Source of the DNA: an uncultured Gemmatimonadales bacterium
GTDB taxonomy: Bacteria; Gemmatimonadota; Gemmatimonadetes; Longimicrobiales; RSA9
Direction: 5' to 3'
Assembly: GCA_963798085.1 (NCBI GenBank)
Contig: CAWCRS010000005.1
Coordinates: 672,001 to 736,000 of the forward strand
Length of the DNA stretch: 64,000 nt
The position numbers and the translations under genes were made by a program. The notes beneath the pieces were generated by a model, which saw only the letters and a list, made by a program, of their open reading frames with translations, did not search any database and was not told the DNA's origin. This document shows positions 33,804 to 44,838 of this stretch, piece after piece (positions within the stretch are counted from its first letter, which is position 1; the number at the start of each line of letters is the position of its first letter).

Positions 33804-35416
33804 TCGGCTCCCATGAGCTGGAACCGGATGAGCGAAATCGGAATCAGGCCCAGCGCCGTGAATTCATCGAGGAAGCTCTGAAGCGTGAAGCTGCTGCCCT
33901 GCTGGCGAGCGCGATCGCCGAGCAGACGTTCGATTTCGATCTTGCCCATCAGATAGCTCGTCCCGTACGTGGGCTGCTGCAGATAGAGGTGCTGCTCGCC
34001 CCACACGGTGCTGCCATCTTCGCGCAGCCAGCCGCGCGGCGTCTCGGAGGACACGAATTTCACCGACTGCGCGATGGTGTAGCGGTTGGCCTGCATCATC
34101 AGATCGCCCAGGGCGCGGGCCGCGCGCTCCGCCACGAGTATGTAGATCATTTCGCGGGCCCGCGGATGCGTGTCCAGGAAGCCCGCCTGCATCATCATCT
34201 CCTCGAGCGCCGTGGCAAAACCTTCCGTGCGCGTCGTGAAGATGTTGTAGAGGAGCGGACTCCGGCGCAGCGGGCTCTCGGGCGGCTCCCGTTCCAGTCG
34301 GGCCAGGTCGATCCAGTGAAAGTCGTGTGTCCGCATCACAATGGGATCGCGGTAGCTGACTTCGTTGAAGAACTCGCGCGGCCCGGGCGCGAAGTGGCCG
34401 CCGCGCGCGCGCAGTGCCGGCTCCATGTAGTCGCGCACGGTCAGGATGCCGTGCTCGCGCAGGAACGAAACGTATTCCGACACGGCCGCGTTGAAGCCGC
34501 GCTGCCACTCGGCATCACTGGCAACCGGCGAGAGCGGCGCCAGATTGCGGTTGCGCTGTTCCTCGAGCGCCAGCGCCGCGCGCGCCCGGCCCAGCTCGCG
34601 ACGCATCAGCGTCACTTCATCCTGCCAGGTGTACGGCAGCTGCTGCACGTGCTTCAGGTACCAGTCGTAGTTCGCGATGCCGATGCCGGAGGGGCCCGTC
34701 TTCGCGGGCGCTTGTGACTCGAGCCAGGCGCGGAAGGCATCGGTCGCGGCCTGCGCACTGCGCGCGGCGCCCACTAACGCCGCGTTGTCGCCCAGCTGTG
34801 CCGCCAGCGCGGCCAGCGCAGCCGACTGCTCGCGCACGCTGCGGATGCCCATGGTCCAGAGGTCATGGGCATTTCCCGTGAGGTTGGTCCTCGCCTGCTG
34901 CAGCAGTCCGGGAATGACCCGCAGCCCGCTGCCGATCTCCGCCGCAGCCGTGGCCGACAGCGGGAACGTGTAGCGCCACAGCTCAACGGCGCCATCCGCG
35001 TGTGGCCCTTCGCGCGCGGGCTGATCGCTCTGCTCCGGGAACACGGTGACATAGAACGCGGGATTTCGCGTCCAGGGCACCAGCACGCGCTGATCGAAGT
35101 CCATCCCGTTCAGCTCGGCCTGCAGGATCCGGTAGTCCGTCTGCTGCGGCCGCGTCCAGCGCGCGGTGTCCATGGCCGTCAGACGCCGCTGGTAGGTGAG
35201 CAGGCCGCGGCGCTGCGCCGCCATGGCCGTCGCCGTGTAATCCGGAACGCCATTGACGGCGCGGGCGTGCTGGAACTCACGCCACTCACGGAACAGCGCG
35301 ACCAGATCCTCGTAGCGCGCCGGCCGTGCAGCCTGCTGCGCGTGAGCTTCGCCTGCGCCGGCGAGCGCCAGGATCGCCGCAGCGCCACACACGACACCCC
35401 GCAACCTGAGCGACAT
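33800..35416 (-). CDS. DUF885 family secreted protein
   Basis: Signal peptide; HDFH, EGFATALEE, YLQQPTYGTSYLMGK. Confidence 0.8.
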   Translation of the reverse strand: MSLRLRGVVCGAAAILALAGAGEAHAQQAARPARYEDLVALFREWREFQHARAVNGVPDYTATAMAAQRRGLLTYQRRLTAMDTARWTRPQQTDYRILQAELNGMDFDQRVLVPWTRNPAFYVTVFPEQSDQPAREGPHADGAVELWRYTFPLSATAAAEIGSGLRVIPGLLQQARTNLTGNAHDLWTMGIRSVREQSAALAALAAQLGDNAALVGAARSAQAATDAFRAWLESQAPAKTGPSGIGIANYDWYLKHVQQLPYTWQDEVTLMRRELGRARAALALEEQRNRNLAPLSPVASDAEWQRGFNAAVSEYVSFLREHGILTVRDYMEPALRARGGHFAPGPREFFNEVSYRDPIVMRTHDFHWIDLARLEREPPESPLRRSPLLYNIFTTRTEGFATALEEMMMQAGFLDTHPRAREMIYILVAERAARALGDLMMQANRYTIAQSVKFVSSETPRGWLREDGSTVWGEQHLYLQQPTYGTSYLMGKIEIERLLGDRARQQGSSFTLQSFLDEFTALGLIPISLIRFQLMGAE

Positions 35417-35589
35417 TGGGAAGCTCCTCGGCAGGTCAGACAGTCCGGAGAATCGGAAGGGCTGCACCAGCAACGTGACACCGAGCCGCCCGGACTTCAA
35501 CCGCTCGCACGGCCGGGCTGGTGCGCCGGCAGCGAATGTGTGTATCCTGCAACACGCGGCAGCGGACGCGGCCGAGCACGGAGGACGAT

Positions 35590-36171
35590 ATGCGAGCAGA
35601 CGTCGACGAAGCGACACTGTCACGGCGCTATTTCCTGACACGGGCCGCGCTCGCCCTCGGTGGCCCGGTCGTCTTCGCCGCCTGGCGAGGGCGAGGGCTG
35701 GCGGTGCAGCCCGCACGCGAGGACGTCGAGATCGCGGAATTCTCGAGTGCCGGTGCGCGGCTGCGCACCGTGCGCGTGCCCAAGGTGGTGAAACCGGAGA
35801 GCGAGTGGCGCAAACAGCTCTCGCCGCTGGCCTACCAGATCACGCGCGAGGCGGGAACCGAGCGCCCCTTCTCGGGCGCCTACTGGAACCTGCACGAGAA
35901 GGGCCTCTTCCGCTGCATCTGCTGCGACACGGCGCTCTTCAGCTCCGCGGTGAAATTCGATTCCGGCACCGGCTGGCCCAGCTTCTGGGATGTGATCGCG
36001 CGCGAGAACGTGGTCACGCACGAGTCGCGCAGTCGCACGTACGTGGACAGCGAGCTGACCTGCCGCCGCTGCAATGCGCACCTGGGCAATGTGTTCGATG
36101 ACGGTCCCCGGCCCACGGGACTGCGCTACTGCATCGATTCCGTCGCGCTGCGCTTCGTGAAGTTCAGCTGA
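35590..36171 (+). CDS. msrB: Peptide-methionine (R)-S-oxide reductase with Tat signal
   Basis: GTERPF, CICC, KFDSGTGWPSF, CRRC, GLRYC; SRRYFL signal; GGAGGA RBS. Confidence 0.85.
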   Translation: MRADVDEATLSRRYFLTRAALALGGPVVFAAWRGRGLAVQPAREDVEIAEFSSAGARLRTVRVPKVVKPESEWRKQLSPLAYQITREAGTERPFSGAYWNLHEKGLFRCICCDTALFSSAVKFDSGTGWPSFWDVIARENVVTHESRSRTYVDSELTCRRCNAHLGNVFDDGPRPTGLRYCIDSVALRFVKFS

Positions 36172-36241
36172 CGGTGGCTTCACGCGCGCTGCCCGCTGCG
36201 CCCGGCAACAGGCGCAGGGTCCTCGTGCCCGCGCGTCCGGC

Positions 36242-39200
36242 TCATTCTCCCATCAGTGTCGCCAGTTCGCTGCGGATCTCGCGGATCGCTTCGATCAGCG
36301 ACTGCCGCTGACGCTGCCGTTCCGCAGCGCCCGTCTTTGCCGCCCCGCCGTCACCCTCGCCATCCGTTGCGACCGGCTCGGGCGGTGCGCCCGCCGCCGC
36401 TCGGCCGAGTACGTCGGTGAGCCAGTCCAGGTGTTCCAGCACACTGCGCATCTTGCGCGGCGAGCCGCCCCGCTGCCAGGCTCGCCTGTAACCGGCTGTT
36501 ATCGTGGCGGGGACCGCGATCTGCAGGCTGGCCATGCCCTGGATCAGCATGACTTCCGGTTCCGCCGCCAGCTGCCAGAAGTCGGCGAATTTTTCCTCGG
36601 CCTTGCGCGCGGCGGCCCGGATGCGTTCGCCCTCGCCGCTCCAGTCCGGCGGCTGCACGTCGAGCAGACCATGGGCCTGCAGCACCGCACACGCGCTCAG
36701 CCAGTTGAGCGCCGGGTAGGCATCGAGGCCCCTGGCCAGACGGTCCGCATTCTGGTAATAGCGCATCATGCGGCGCAGCGCCGTCACCCACTCGTCAAGC
36801 TCGAGCAGTGCGGTGAGCCGCTTCTGCGCGGAGCCGAAGAGCGCCAGTCGCTCCGAGGTGAACACATCCGCATGCATGCGTGCTTCGGTGAGCCGGCCCG
36901 GAGGCAGCGCATCGAGGTCGCTGATGGCGCCGCGGATTTCCCGGGTGGCTGCCACGTGGTCTTCGTGCCGGCGGCCCGAGGCCAGATAGGTGCGGAAGGC
37001 GATGCGCGAGCGCAGGTTGGCGGCCTGCTCGAGTTCCCGGATCGAGATCTCGGCCACCGTGGCAGACCGGGCCGCGTCATAACACCGTATTGCCTGGTCG
37101 AAACAGTCCAGCTCGCGGTAGGCCCTGGCAAACGCCGTCAGCACGCTCGCGTCGGCGAGCCATTCCGCGCGGTTGTCGCGCACCCACGCCTCGATGCGTC
37201 TGACGCCCGCGTCCGGCTTTTCGGCGCCGTTCCGCTGCGCCAATGTCTCCGCGTCCTGGGCAATGTTGTGAAGCTCCACGATGACTTCGCTGCGCGCGGC
37301 AAAGCCCGCGACGGTCGGTTCCCCCTCGTACTCGTCCTTCGCCATGTCGAGGCGGAAGCCCGGATCGCCGTAACACTGGTACGCGCCCCAGGTGTTCACC
37401 GCGGGATGCTCGCGATACGTCGTTTCGCGCGCCTCCTTCACCGCTTCGCCGAAATGACGCCCGCTCAGCAATACGCGGTAGAAGGTGGTGGCGAACGTGA
37501 TCGCGGCGTCGTCGTCTACGGCCCAGCCCGCGGCAATGACGGCGCGCACGCCCATGCGAATGAACTGCGCCGCGATGTTGGCCGCCAGGCGATGGCGCAT
37601 TCTGCGCTGGTCGGCCTCCGTCCCCTGGTCCTTCTCGTCCGTGCGCCCGAGGTGGCAGCAGTTGACGAAGACCAGTTCGGGCACCGCCCGCATCTTCTCG
37701 ATTTCCGCGGGCGTCAGCAGGGTGTAGTTGGGGCCGATCACCATGCCGCTGACCTTGCGCGTCACCGGCGTGTCCTCAGGCGTCCTCGCCTCGCGCACCG
37801 TGATTTCGTACTCGTGCAGGCCGTGCGCGGCAAAGTGCAGGATGCGATAGTCGCGCGCGAACAACTGCCCGACGACATCCTGTGCACTCGGTCGCGAAAG
37901 ATAGGTAACACTGAGTTTCTTCTCCTGCAGCAGCGCGTTCACCGCCTCCGCTTCCCGCTGTGCCCCCTTGAGCTCCGGCAATTCGCTGGGCGGGTCGCCC
38001 ACGACGAAGGCGTTCTTCACCGTGACGGTGCCCGGCCGTTCGCGGAACGTGTCCACCAGGAGATTGCGCACCAGCCCCGTGCGCACGGCAATGGGCAGCC
38101 CCTGACCGGAGCGTCGGTCCTCCATCAGCTCCCACGGGAAGCGTGCGGACGCCTCGTCCACCGCCAGCACCAGATCATTCTGGTCAGGCGCGTACTCCTT
38201 GAGCGCGTTGGGTACGAGCAGCTCGAACAGCGCCCCCGCCGTAACCGGATCGGGTCTTGGTAATGCGATGGCGCTGCTGACGAAGCTGTCGATCAGCTGC
38301 TTCTGCGTCGGCTCGAGGTAGGATTCCGCGCGCGCGCGTTGCGTGAGGTTGCGAAACTCGAGGGCGCCATCCTCCAGCCTCTCGGTGACCTGGATGTGGT
38401 TCCACCAGCGACCTTCTTCCTCGAAGCGGACGCGCCGACGACCGCCGGACATGATCTCCAGCGCGGGCATCGCCACGATGTGCCCGGTGTAGCGCGCGTC
38501 CGACTGCAGGCGCTGCAATGCGCTCACGGCCTGCAGCGCGATGTCTTCGTACAGCTCGATGAACTGCAGCTGCTGGATTCTGACACGCTTCATTTTCTGT
38601 GCACTGCCCAACCGGTCGCGTGCGGCCGTCACGCCGGCGACAATCGCGCGCACGGAATCTTCGACCGGCATGCCGCCGCGGCCGGAGCCGATCAGCAGCG
38701 CCGCGACGCCCACCGACATTGGTCGTGTCGCGGTGTAGTCTCCCTCCAGCTCCACCAGCTTGGACGCGAAGGCGAGGGTACCGTGCAGCACGGTGCGCTC
38801 GAGCGTGCCGGGCGCCAGACTGCCAGGCTTGCCCAGCCCCACGACCAGCGCTCCGTGCGCGCCGCTGCCGTCGTTGCGCAGGAATATCCCCAATGTGCCG
38901 ATCGCATCGGCATAGAGATCCAGCCGCTGATGCTCCGTCAGCAGACCCTCGAGGCGCTGGTCGAGCGCCAGTTCGGCGCCGGCAATCGTGTCGCCCTGGT
39001 AGTGCCCCACCATGACGGGATAGCGGGCAAACGCGAGATTGCCGTGCGCGATGGTGACAGTCAGCGGTTCCGTGCTGTCCACGGGAGCAATGCGTACCGC
39101 GTCTCCCATCAGCGCGACGGCCTCGAGGTCCGCCTGCTCGGGGAACGCCGTCACTTCGTCATCGGGCAGTACGAACTCGCGTGGCGCACCGCGATCCGCG

Positions 39201-41693
39201 GCCGGCGGCTGCTGCGGCAGCTCGTTCGTGTCACCGCGCTCGAGCAGCGCCTGGATGGCGCCGAACCAGCGCTGCACATTCGCCATGTCACCGTGCTTCA
39301 CGGGCATGTAGAAGGTGGGCACGCCCTCCAGCAGGCCCAGGCTCCAGGGCACGGTGCCGTCACCCTGTGACGTGGCCATGAATTCGATGCTGGCGCCACT
39401 CGTGCGATAGCGGAAGGGCGTGGCCGGCGCACCACCGGCCACGTACACCATGTGCCGGGCATCGACGGAATCCGGCGATTCCAGCAGCTGGCGAGTCGCG
39501 CGCGCGGCCTGCAGCACGGCTGCCGAGGGCAGCGCCTTCGTGTGTCGCGCATCAATGTCGAGTGTGCGCCAGCCGGCTTCCGTGAACAGGTCGTTATCAG
39601 GATCGGCGGGCAGCATCTCGATCAGCCCGGCAAACGCCGCCACCGTCTGCAGCAGCTGCTGCTCGTTGCTCTTCAGGTCGATGAGCGAGAGGATGCGTGT
39701 GAGACGATCGCGGCCCAGCAGCAGCCGGGGCACCACCCAGGCGCCGCGATTCGGTGTTCCCAGCATCACCAGGCGGCTGGCATCGCGCTCGACCACGCGG
39801 CCCCAGAGCGCCGGGTACTTCGCGATCATGGTGCGCGCCACCAGTCCGCCCATCGAGTGCGCCAGGATGCGGATGGGCTGCCGCGTATCGCGCAGCGCGT
39901 CATCGACGGCGCGGGCCAGCGCATCCGCGGACTCCGCGACCGTGCGCCGCCAGTCATAGGGGAACTCGAGCACATCGTGCGAGGCGGCGAGGTACTGGCT
40001 CAGGCGGGCGTACGAGCGTGCCACCAGCGCCGTCGCCTTCACATCGGTTCTGGCGATGGCGAGGTTGTCGAAGCGGCCCGCCGCAATGCGGAAGAGATCG
40101 ATCCAGACCCGGTCGCCTGCAACCTGCAGCTCCGAGCCCATGATGCCGGGCAGCAGGAACACAACAGGCCGTTTGCCGGTGATCGCGGGCGCCGCCGCGC
40201 CTGCATCGCGCCGGCGCAGCTCGTCGGCGGTCTGCGTGGTGATGGGCTCGAAGCCTGCGTCGCTGTTATCACCGCGCACCAGGCCGAGCAGCATCTTCTC
40301 GGCGGTGGACGATGTCCTGAAATAGTGAAAGTGATTGATGTCCTTGCTGTTGTCGAAGTAGAGCCGGGCCTTGCCATCCTTGCGCGGTGCACCGCCCACC
40401 ATGGCGCGCGTGGGCACCACCAGATCGTGGTCTTCCGCGTAGAAGAGATCGGTCACCAGCGCGGTCAAATGGTGCCAGATCGAGCCGCCCGCCAGGTCGC
40501 CGGCGATCACCGACAGGTCCGCGCTCACGGTCACATCGCGCCGGTTCAGCACCGCGATGAGCGGCGATTCCGGCATCTGCGCTTCCAGACCCGGCAGTGT
40601 GGCCGGGTTCGCGCGCTCCTTGATGAGCGCAGGAATCAGCGCATTGAGGAAGCTGACAACGGGATGCGCCGGCAGCACGAGACGGATGCCGTTCAGCAGA
40701 ATGGAGAGGTAGAGATCGAGCCGGCCGGAGGCGAGCGTGGTGCCGTTCGCGGGACACGCGACACGCACGAAGCGCTCGATCACAGGACGCCGGTCCGCGA
40801 GCAGGTCGGACAGCGTCTTCAGGTCCGCCGCCTGCTGCAGGTAGATCGGCTCGCGCGCAGCGCCCGCCTGTTGCGCGGCGCGCTCGAAGAAACCGGTCTC
40901 GACCGCATTCGAACGGATCGCCATCGCGCATGGAGCGGCAGAGCAGTTCACCGACAATGCCGCCGCGCGAATGACTGACCATGTGAACGCGCGCGCCGCG
41001 CGGCAGGTGCTCGACGAGGTCAATGGCGTTGCGAACCGGGCTTTCGCTCAGCGTGGCGTGCTGCAGTGCGAAGATGCGATCACCGTACCTCGCCTTGAGC
41101 CGCTCCCAGACATTGTCCGGCAGCTTGCCGAAGCTGCCGTCATAGCTCGACGCGGTGCCGTGCAGGAACAGCAATGACACGCCGTTATCATTCAGCGTAT
41201 CGTCGATTCGCTCGGCGAAGGATGACTGCGTGGCGCAGCGGTACAGTCCGGGGCCGCTGCTGCCGCCCGTGTCGAGCAGATGGCGTTCGACGCGCGCCGC
41301 GACCGCGGTGGCGCCGACCTCCGCGATCTTCTTGCGCACATCCAGCTTGCGCAGTGTCTGAATCACCCACTTGCCGAAGCCGCGCGAAGGCGCTCCGATG
41401 GGCAGCACGGCCGGCATGAACAGCGAGCCATCGCGTGCCACCTGCTGGCCGCCCGCCTGGAACAGCTCGCGCAGCGTGCTCCCCGCCAGCCACAGCTGGA
41501 TCCCGCCATCCAGCGAAATCTCGGCGACGTCGCTGTCCTCCAGGTCCACCGGAATCGTGGACGCGTCTCGCGCCTCACCCAGGCGGTATTCCTTGTCCGT
41601 GCCAATGTCGACGAGATCGCCGAACTCGCCCGGATCGAGTGTCCTTGCGCCGGTGCTGACTTCGGTGCCGCGGAAGAGCAGTCTGGTGGTCAT
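36242..41693 (-). CDS. Large multidomain protein: two alpha/beta hydrolase (lipase) domains + CHAT caspase-like domain + TPR tail (frameshift at ~40908)
   Basis: FLHGTAS/VSHSRGG/ACPANGT; LPGIMGS/LAHSMGG/LGTPNRG; FPWELM, VVGDP, HFAAHG, FVNCCHLG, AAGWAVDD, WGAYQCYGDP. Confidence 0.85.
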
Positions 41694-41910
41694 TGGGAGT
41701 ACCGGGTTGGCGAGGGGCCGTCGCGCGCTGCCGTGGCAGGCGAACAATCTGTTCCCGCGGCGCGGCGCGGGCAAGCATCTTCGCTGCGCACGTCTGCCCT
41801 TCCCTGCGGCCCAGCGGGCCGGCGCAGGCCGGCCGGGAGCCTCACCGCCGTCGCCGGCAGCGGGCGCGGGGAGCGCGGCCCGGCGAGGCGCCGGGCCGCC
41901 TAATCGTGTG

Positions 41911-42189
41911 TTAGTTCTTCTGCAGCGTCAGCCGGATGCGCAGCCCGGCGAAGGTCTGGTCCAGCGTCAGTCGATCCGGATCCACGGCTGTGAGCTTCAT
42001 TTCCCGCGGAATCGCGTCCTGCGCCTCGCGGACCATGTGCGCGGTTTTCGCCGAGAATGTCCACGTACCGCTCGGATCGACGTCCCGGTCGCTGCCGTCG
42101 TTCGCTTCACCGGCGCGCGCCCGTGCACCTGCGCGCCGGGCACACACGACGGCCTGCCCGCGTCTCCTGCATGAAGCCTCCTGCCCCAC
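41911..42189 (-). pseudogene. Possible gene remnant
   Basis: Protein-like 3' end (DPSGTWTF..RLTLQKN*), but the RBS-preceded ATG is in another frame. Confidence 0.25.
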
Positions 42190-42376
42190 GTACGGGAGTT
42201 GGCCGCCGCCGTGCGTCGTCGCCGCGGCGTATGGGTCGTGTTAGTTGATCCCGGTCGGGATGCGGCAGGGAAAGCGACGTGCGCATATCCCCGCCCGGCT
42301 GGGCAGGCACGCTAACGCACAGCCGACGCGCCGCGCCCGGCAGGCGGGACGAGCCGGTATTATCCGGTGATGGCGA

Positions 42377-42793
42377 TCAGGCGGGTGTTGCGAGACTGTA
42401 GTCGAACTGGTAGCTGTGTTTCCCGTCGGCGATGATGATGGCCATGCTGCCGGCCAGGCCGGTCAATTGACCGGTTCCCGAGTCAGGCACCACCGTGATG
42501 CCCAGCTGCGGCGCACCCCGGTTCATCGTACCGCTGTGCTGCAGTGCGAAGCTGCCGCTCCGGCCATGCAGTGTCCCCGTGACCCGCTCGACGGCCACGT
42601 AGCCGGCCGATCCCTTCACATCGGTGCCCACGCTGAGCATCTGGCCATGGCTGACGGCCTCGAGATCGCCATGGAACTGCTTGTCGAGCCGCATGCGGGC
42701 CATGGCGGGATCCGCGCCCGCCTCCGGCGGCTGCTGCGTGAGCTTCACATCGAATGACCCGCTGGCCCGCGTCGTCTTCAGCAGCACTCCCAT
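42377..42793 (-). CDS. DUF3224 family protein
   Basis: GSFDVK..DKQFHGDL..SAGYVAVERVTGTLHGRSGSFALQH..VPDSGTGQL. Confidence 0.85.
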   Translation of the reverse strand: MGVLLKTTRASGSFDVKLTQQPPEAGADPAMARMRLDKQFHGDLEAVSHGQMLSVGTDVKGSAGYVAVERVTGTLHGRSGSFALQHSGTMNRGAPQLGITVVPDSGTGQLTGLAGSMAIIIADGKHSYQFDYSLATPA

Positions 42794-42797
42794 CGGT

Positions 42798-43289
42798 TCA
42801 GCCCCACTTCTCATCGGCCGTCGGGCCGTAGATGGAGGGCAGGGGCACATCGACCAGCCGCAAATACACGGTTAGCTGGCCGCGATGATGGATCAGATGG
42901 CTCAGGTGCTGGCGCGTCACTGCACCGCGCGGCGCCGTGAACAGCACACGCTCCCCCATCTTGAGGGACCACGGCACGGCCAGCTCCGCATCGGTCACGG
43001 CCGCCAGTGCACCGCGCGCGTCGTTCACGTTCCTGTCGAACTGACTCAGCAGCGTTTCTGTCGATTCCATGCTGTAGCCGCCGGCGTTCGCGAGGTTGAT
43101 CTCGGTGGCCCGCAGCGTCTGCGTGATCCAACCGGGAATCCAGGAAACCAGCTGCGCCAGGTGGCCGAGCGCGAACGATTTCGCATGCGGCTTCCACTCG
43201 CCCTTGTCGGAAGGCACGCGCTCCAGCAGGCGCCGCGTCGCTGCCATTTCCTGATCGAATTCCGTCAACGGTATGGCGGGTTCGTGCAT
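42798..43289 (-). CDS. DinB family protein
   Basis: TRRLLERVP..WKPH..HLIHHRGQLTVYLRL..PSIYGPTAD. Confidence 0.9.
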   Translation of the reverse strand: MHEPAIPLTEFDQEMAATRRLLERVPSDKGEWKPHAKSFALGHLAQLVSWIPGWITQTLRATEINLANAGGYSMESTETLLSQFDRNVNDARGALAAVTDAELAVPWSLKMGERVLFTAPRGAVTRQHLSHLIHHRGQLTVYLRLVDVPLPSIYGPTADEKWG

Positions 43290-43552
43290 TGTCTTTTCCG
43301 GCTCCGGCGCAGGACTGTGTCGATGGACTCGCTCTCGCTGCAGCATCCTATGCGAACCGCACGGTTCCGCCAAGGCCCGCACGTCCAGCCTGGCCGGCTC
43401 CCTGCCGTGTTTCAGGCGACGCTGTCGGTCCTCTCTTCACCACGCCTCGGTCCATGCCGCAGCAGCCGCGGCGCGCACGACGGTCCGGATGCACGAACGT
43501 CCGGACCAGCGGCCCGGACGTTCGCTCTCGCTGCCTGCGCGCGGACCTGCGA

Positions 43553-44596
43553 TCAGTGGCTGATCGCGAAGAACCACGCACCCACGATCGGACCGCGCCC
43601 GCGACCCCGGCCACCCGCCGGCGGCGGACTGTTGGGATCGGGCGGACCATACTCCGGCTGGAACAGATACGCGATGTGCGTCACCGGATCCACACTGATG
43701 GTCTTCGCGCCCGTCATGGTGGTCACCGTGGCCACCACCGTGTACTTGTCCGGACCATCCTGATGCGCAACCGTGACGTTCCCGCTGCGTCCCGCCGGGA
43801 TGTAGATCAACTTCTGCTGCGGATCCCAGCCCAGCGCGTCGACGCCCTCGCCGTTGGCAATCGTCGCCACCACCTTGCCCGAGCCCGGATCCACGACCAC
43901 CGAATTGTTGCCGCAACCCGAGAAGATGCGGTTGTTGGCGGGATCGTAGGCAATGCCCGTGGGACCCTCACACGGCGCCAGCGGCCAGGATGCCACCGCT
44001 TTCATCGACTTCTCGTCGATCACCTGGATCGTGCTCGTGCCTTCATTGTTCACGAAAAGACGACCCTTGCCATCACTCGCCGCGCCTTCCGGTGCGTTGT
44101 CCTCCAGCTCGGCGGTACCCACAATGTCGCCCGTCTTGGCATTGATCGCCGTGACTGTGCCGATGGGCCGGCTGTGGTTCGTGAGGATGACATGGTCGGA
44201 AAACGCGTCGTACATGATCCCGTCCAGACCACCCGTGTGCGTCGGAATCTTCTTGATCACCGCCAGCGTCTTCAGATCGAACATCGTAACCGTCGAATCG
44301 CCGGCGTTCGTCGTGAATCCGTGATTCGACTTCGGCGCCAGCGCAATGCCGTGCATGCGCGGCGTGTCCGGAATGTCGCCAAGCACCTTCCCCGTCTTGC
44401 CGTCCACTACCATGACGTGTGTGCCGCGCGAAACGAACACCCGGCCCGTGCCCGGCTCCGCCGTCAGATAGTCCGTGCCGCCTTCACCGCCGATGTTCCA
44501 CTTCTGCACCTTGAAATCCTGCGCGCGTGCGCTGACGGGCATGGCCAGTGCGCACGCGCTGGCCATGACAACTGCGCTGAATGAGCGTCTGCTCAT
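43553..44596 (-). CDS. YncE-like secreted beta-propeller protein
   Basis: Signal peptide; GGEGGTDYLT, HGIAL, WPLAPCEGPTGIA. Confidence 0.85.
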   Translation of the reverse strand: MSRRSFSAVVMASACALAMPVSARAQDFKVQKWNIGGEGGTDYLTAEPGTGRVFVSRGTHVMVVDGKTGKVLGDIPDTPRMHGIALAPKSNHGFTTNAGDSTVTMFDLKTLAVIKKIPTHTGGLDGIMYDAFSDHVILTNHSRPIGTVTAINAKTGDIVGTAELEDNAPEGAASDGKGRLFVNNEGTSTIQVIDEKSMKAVASWPLAPCEGPTGIAYDPANNRIFSGCGNNSVVVDPGSGKVVATIANGEGVDALGWDPQQKLIYIPAGRSGNVTVAHQDGPDKYTVVATVTTMTGAKTISVDPVTHIAYLFQPEYGPPDPNSPPPAGGRGRGRGPIVGAWFFAISH

Positions 44597-44838
44597 GGGA
44601 CCCTCCATGGTGGACCGGTGGCACCGCCTCGAGCGCTTTGCCCGCTGTGCGTGCGTCCACCCGCAAACTAAGGCTCGTGCGCCCGCCCGCCAGCATCCGC
44701 GGCTGCACCGCCTCCCGCGCCGTGCCGCGGAAGCACCCGCGGCGTCCTGCTGTCATCCTGGCGTCATGTGGCGGCTCCGGCCCGACTCGCCTGACCGGCC
44801 GCAATAAACAGCCCGCTAGCCACACTGCGGATCTGCCA

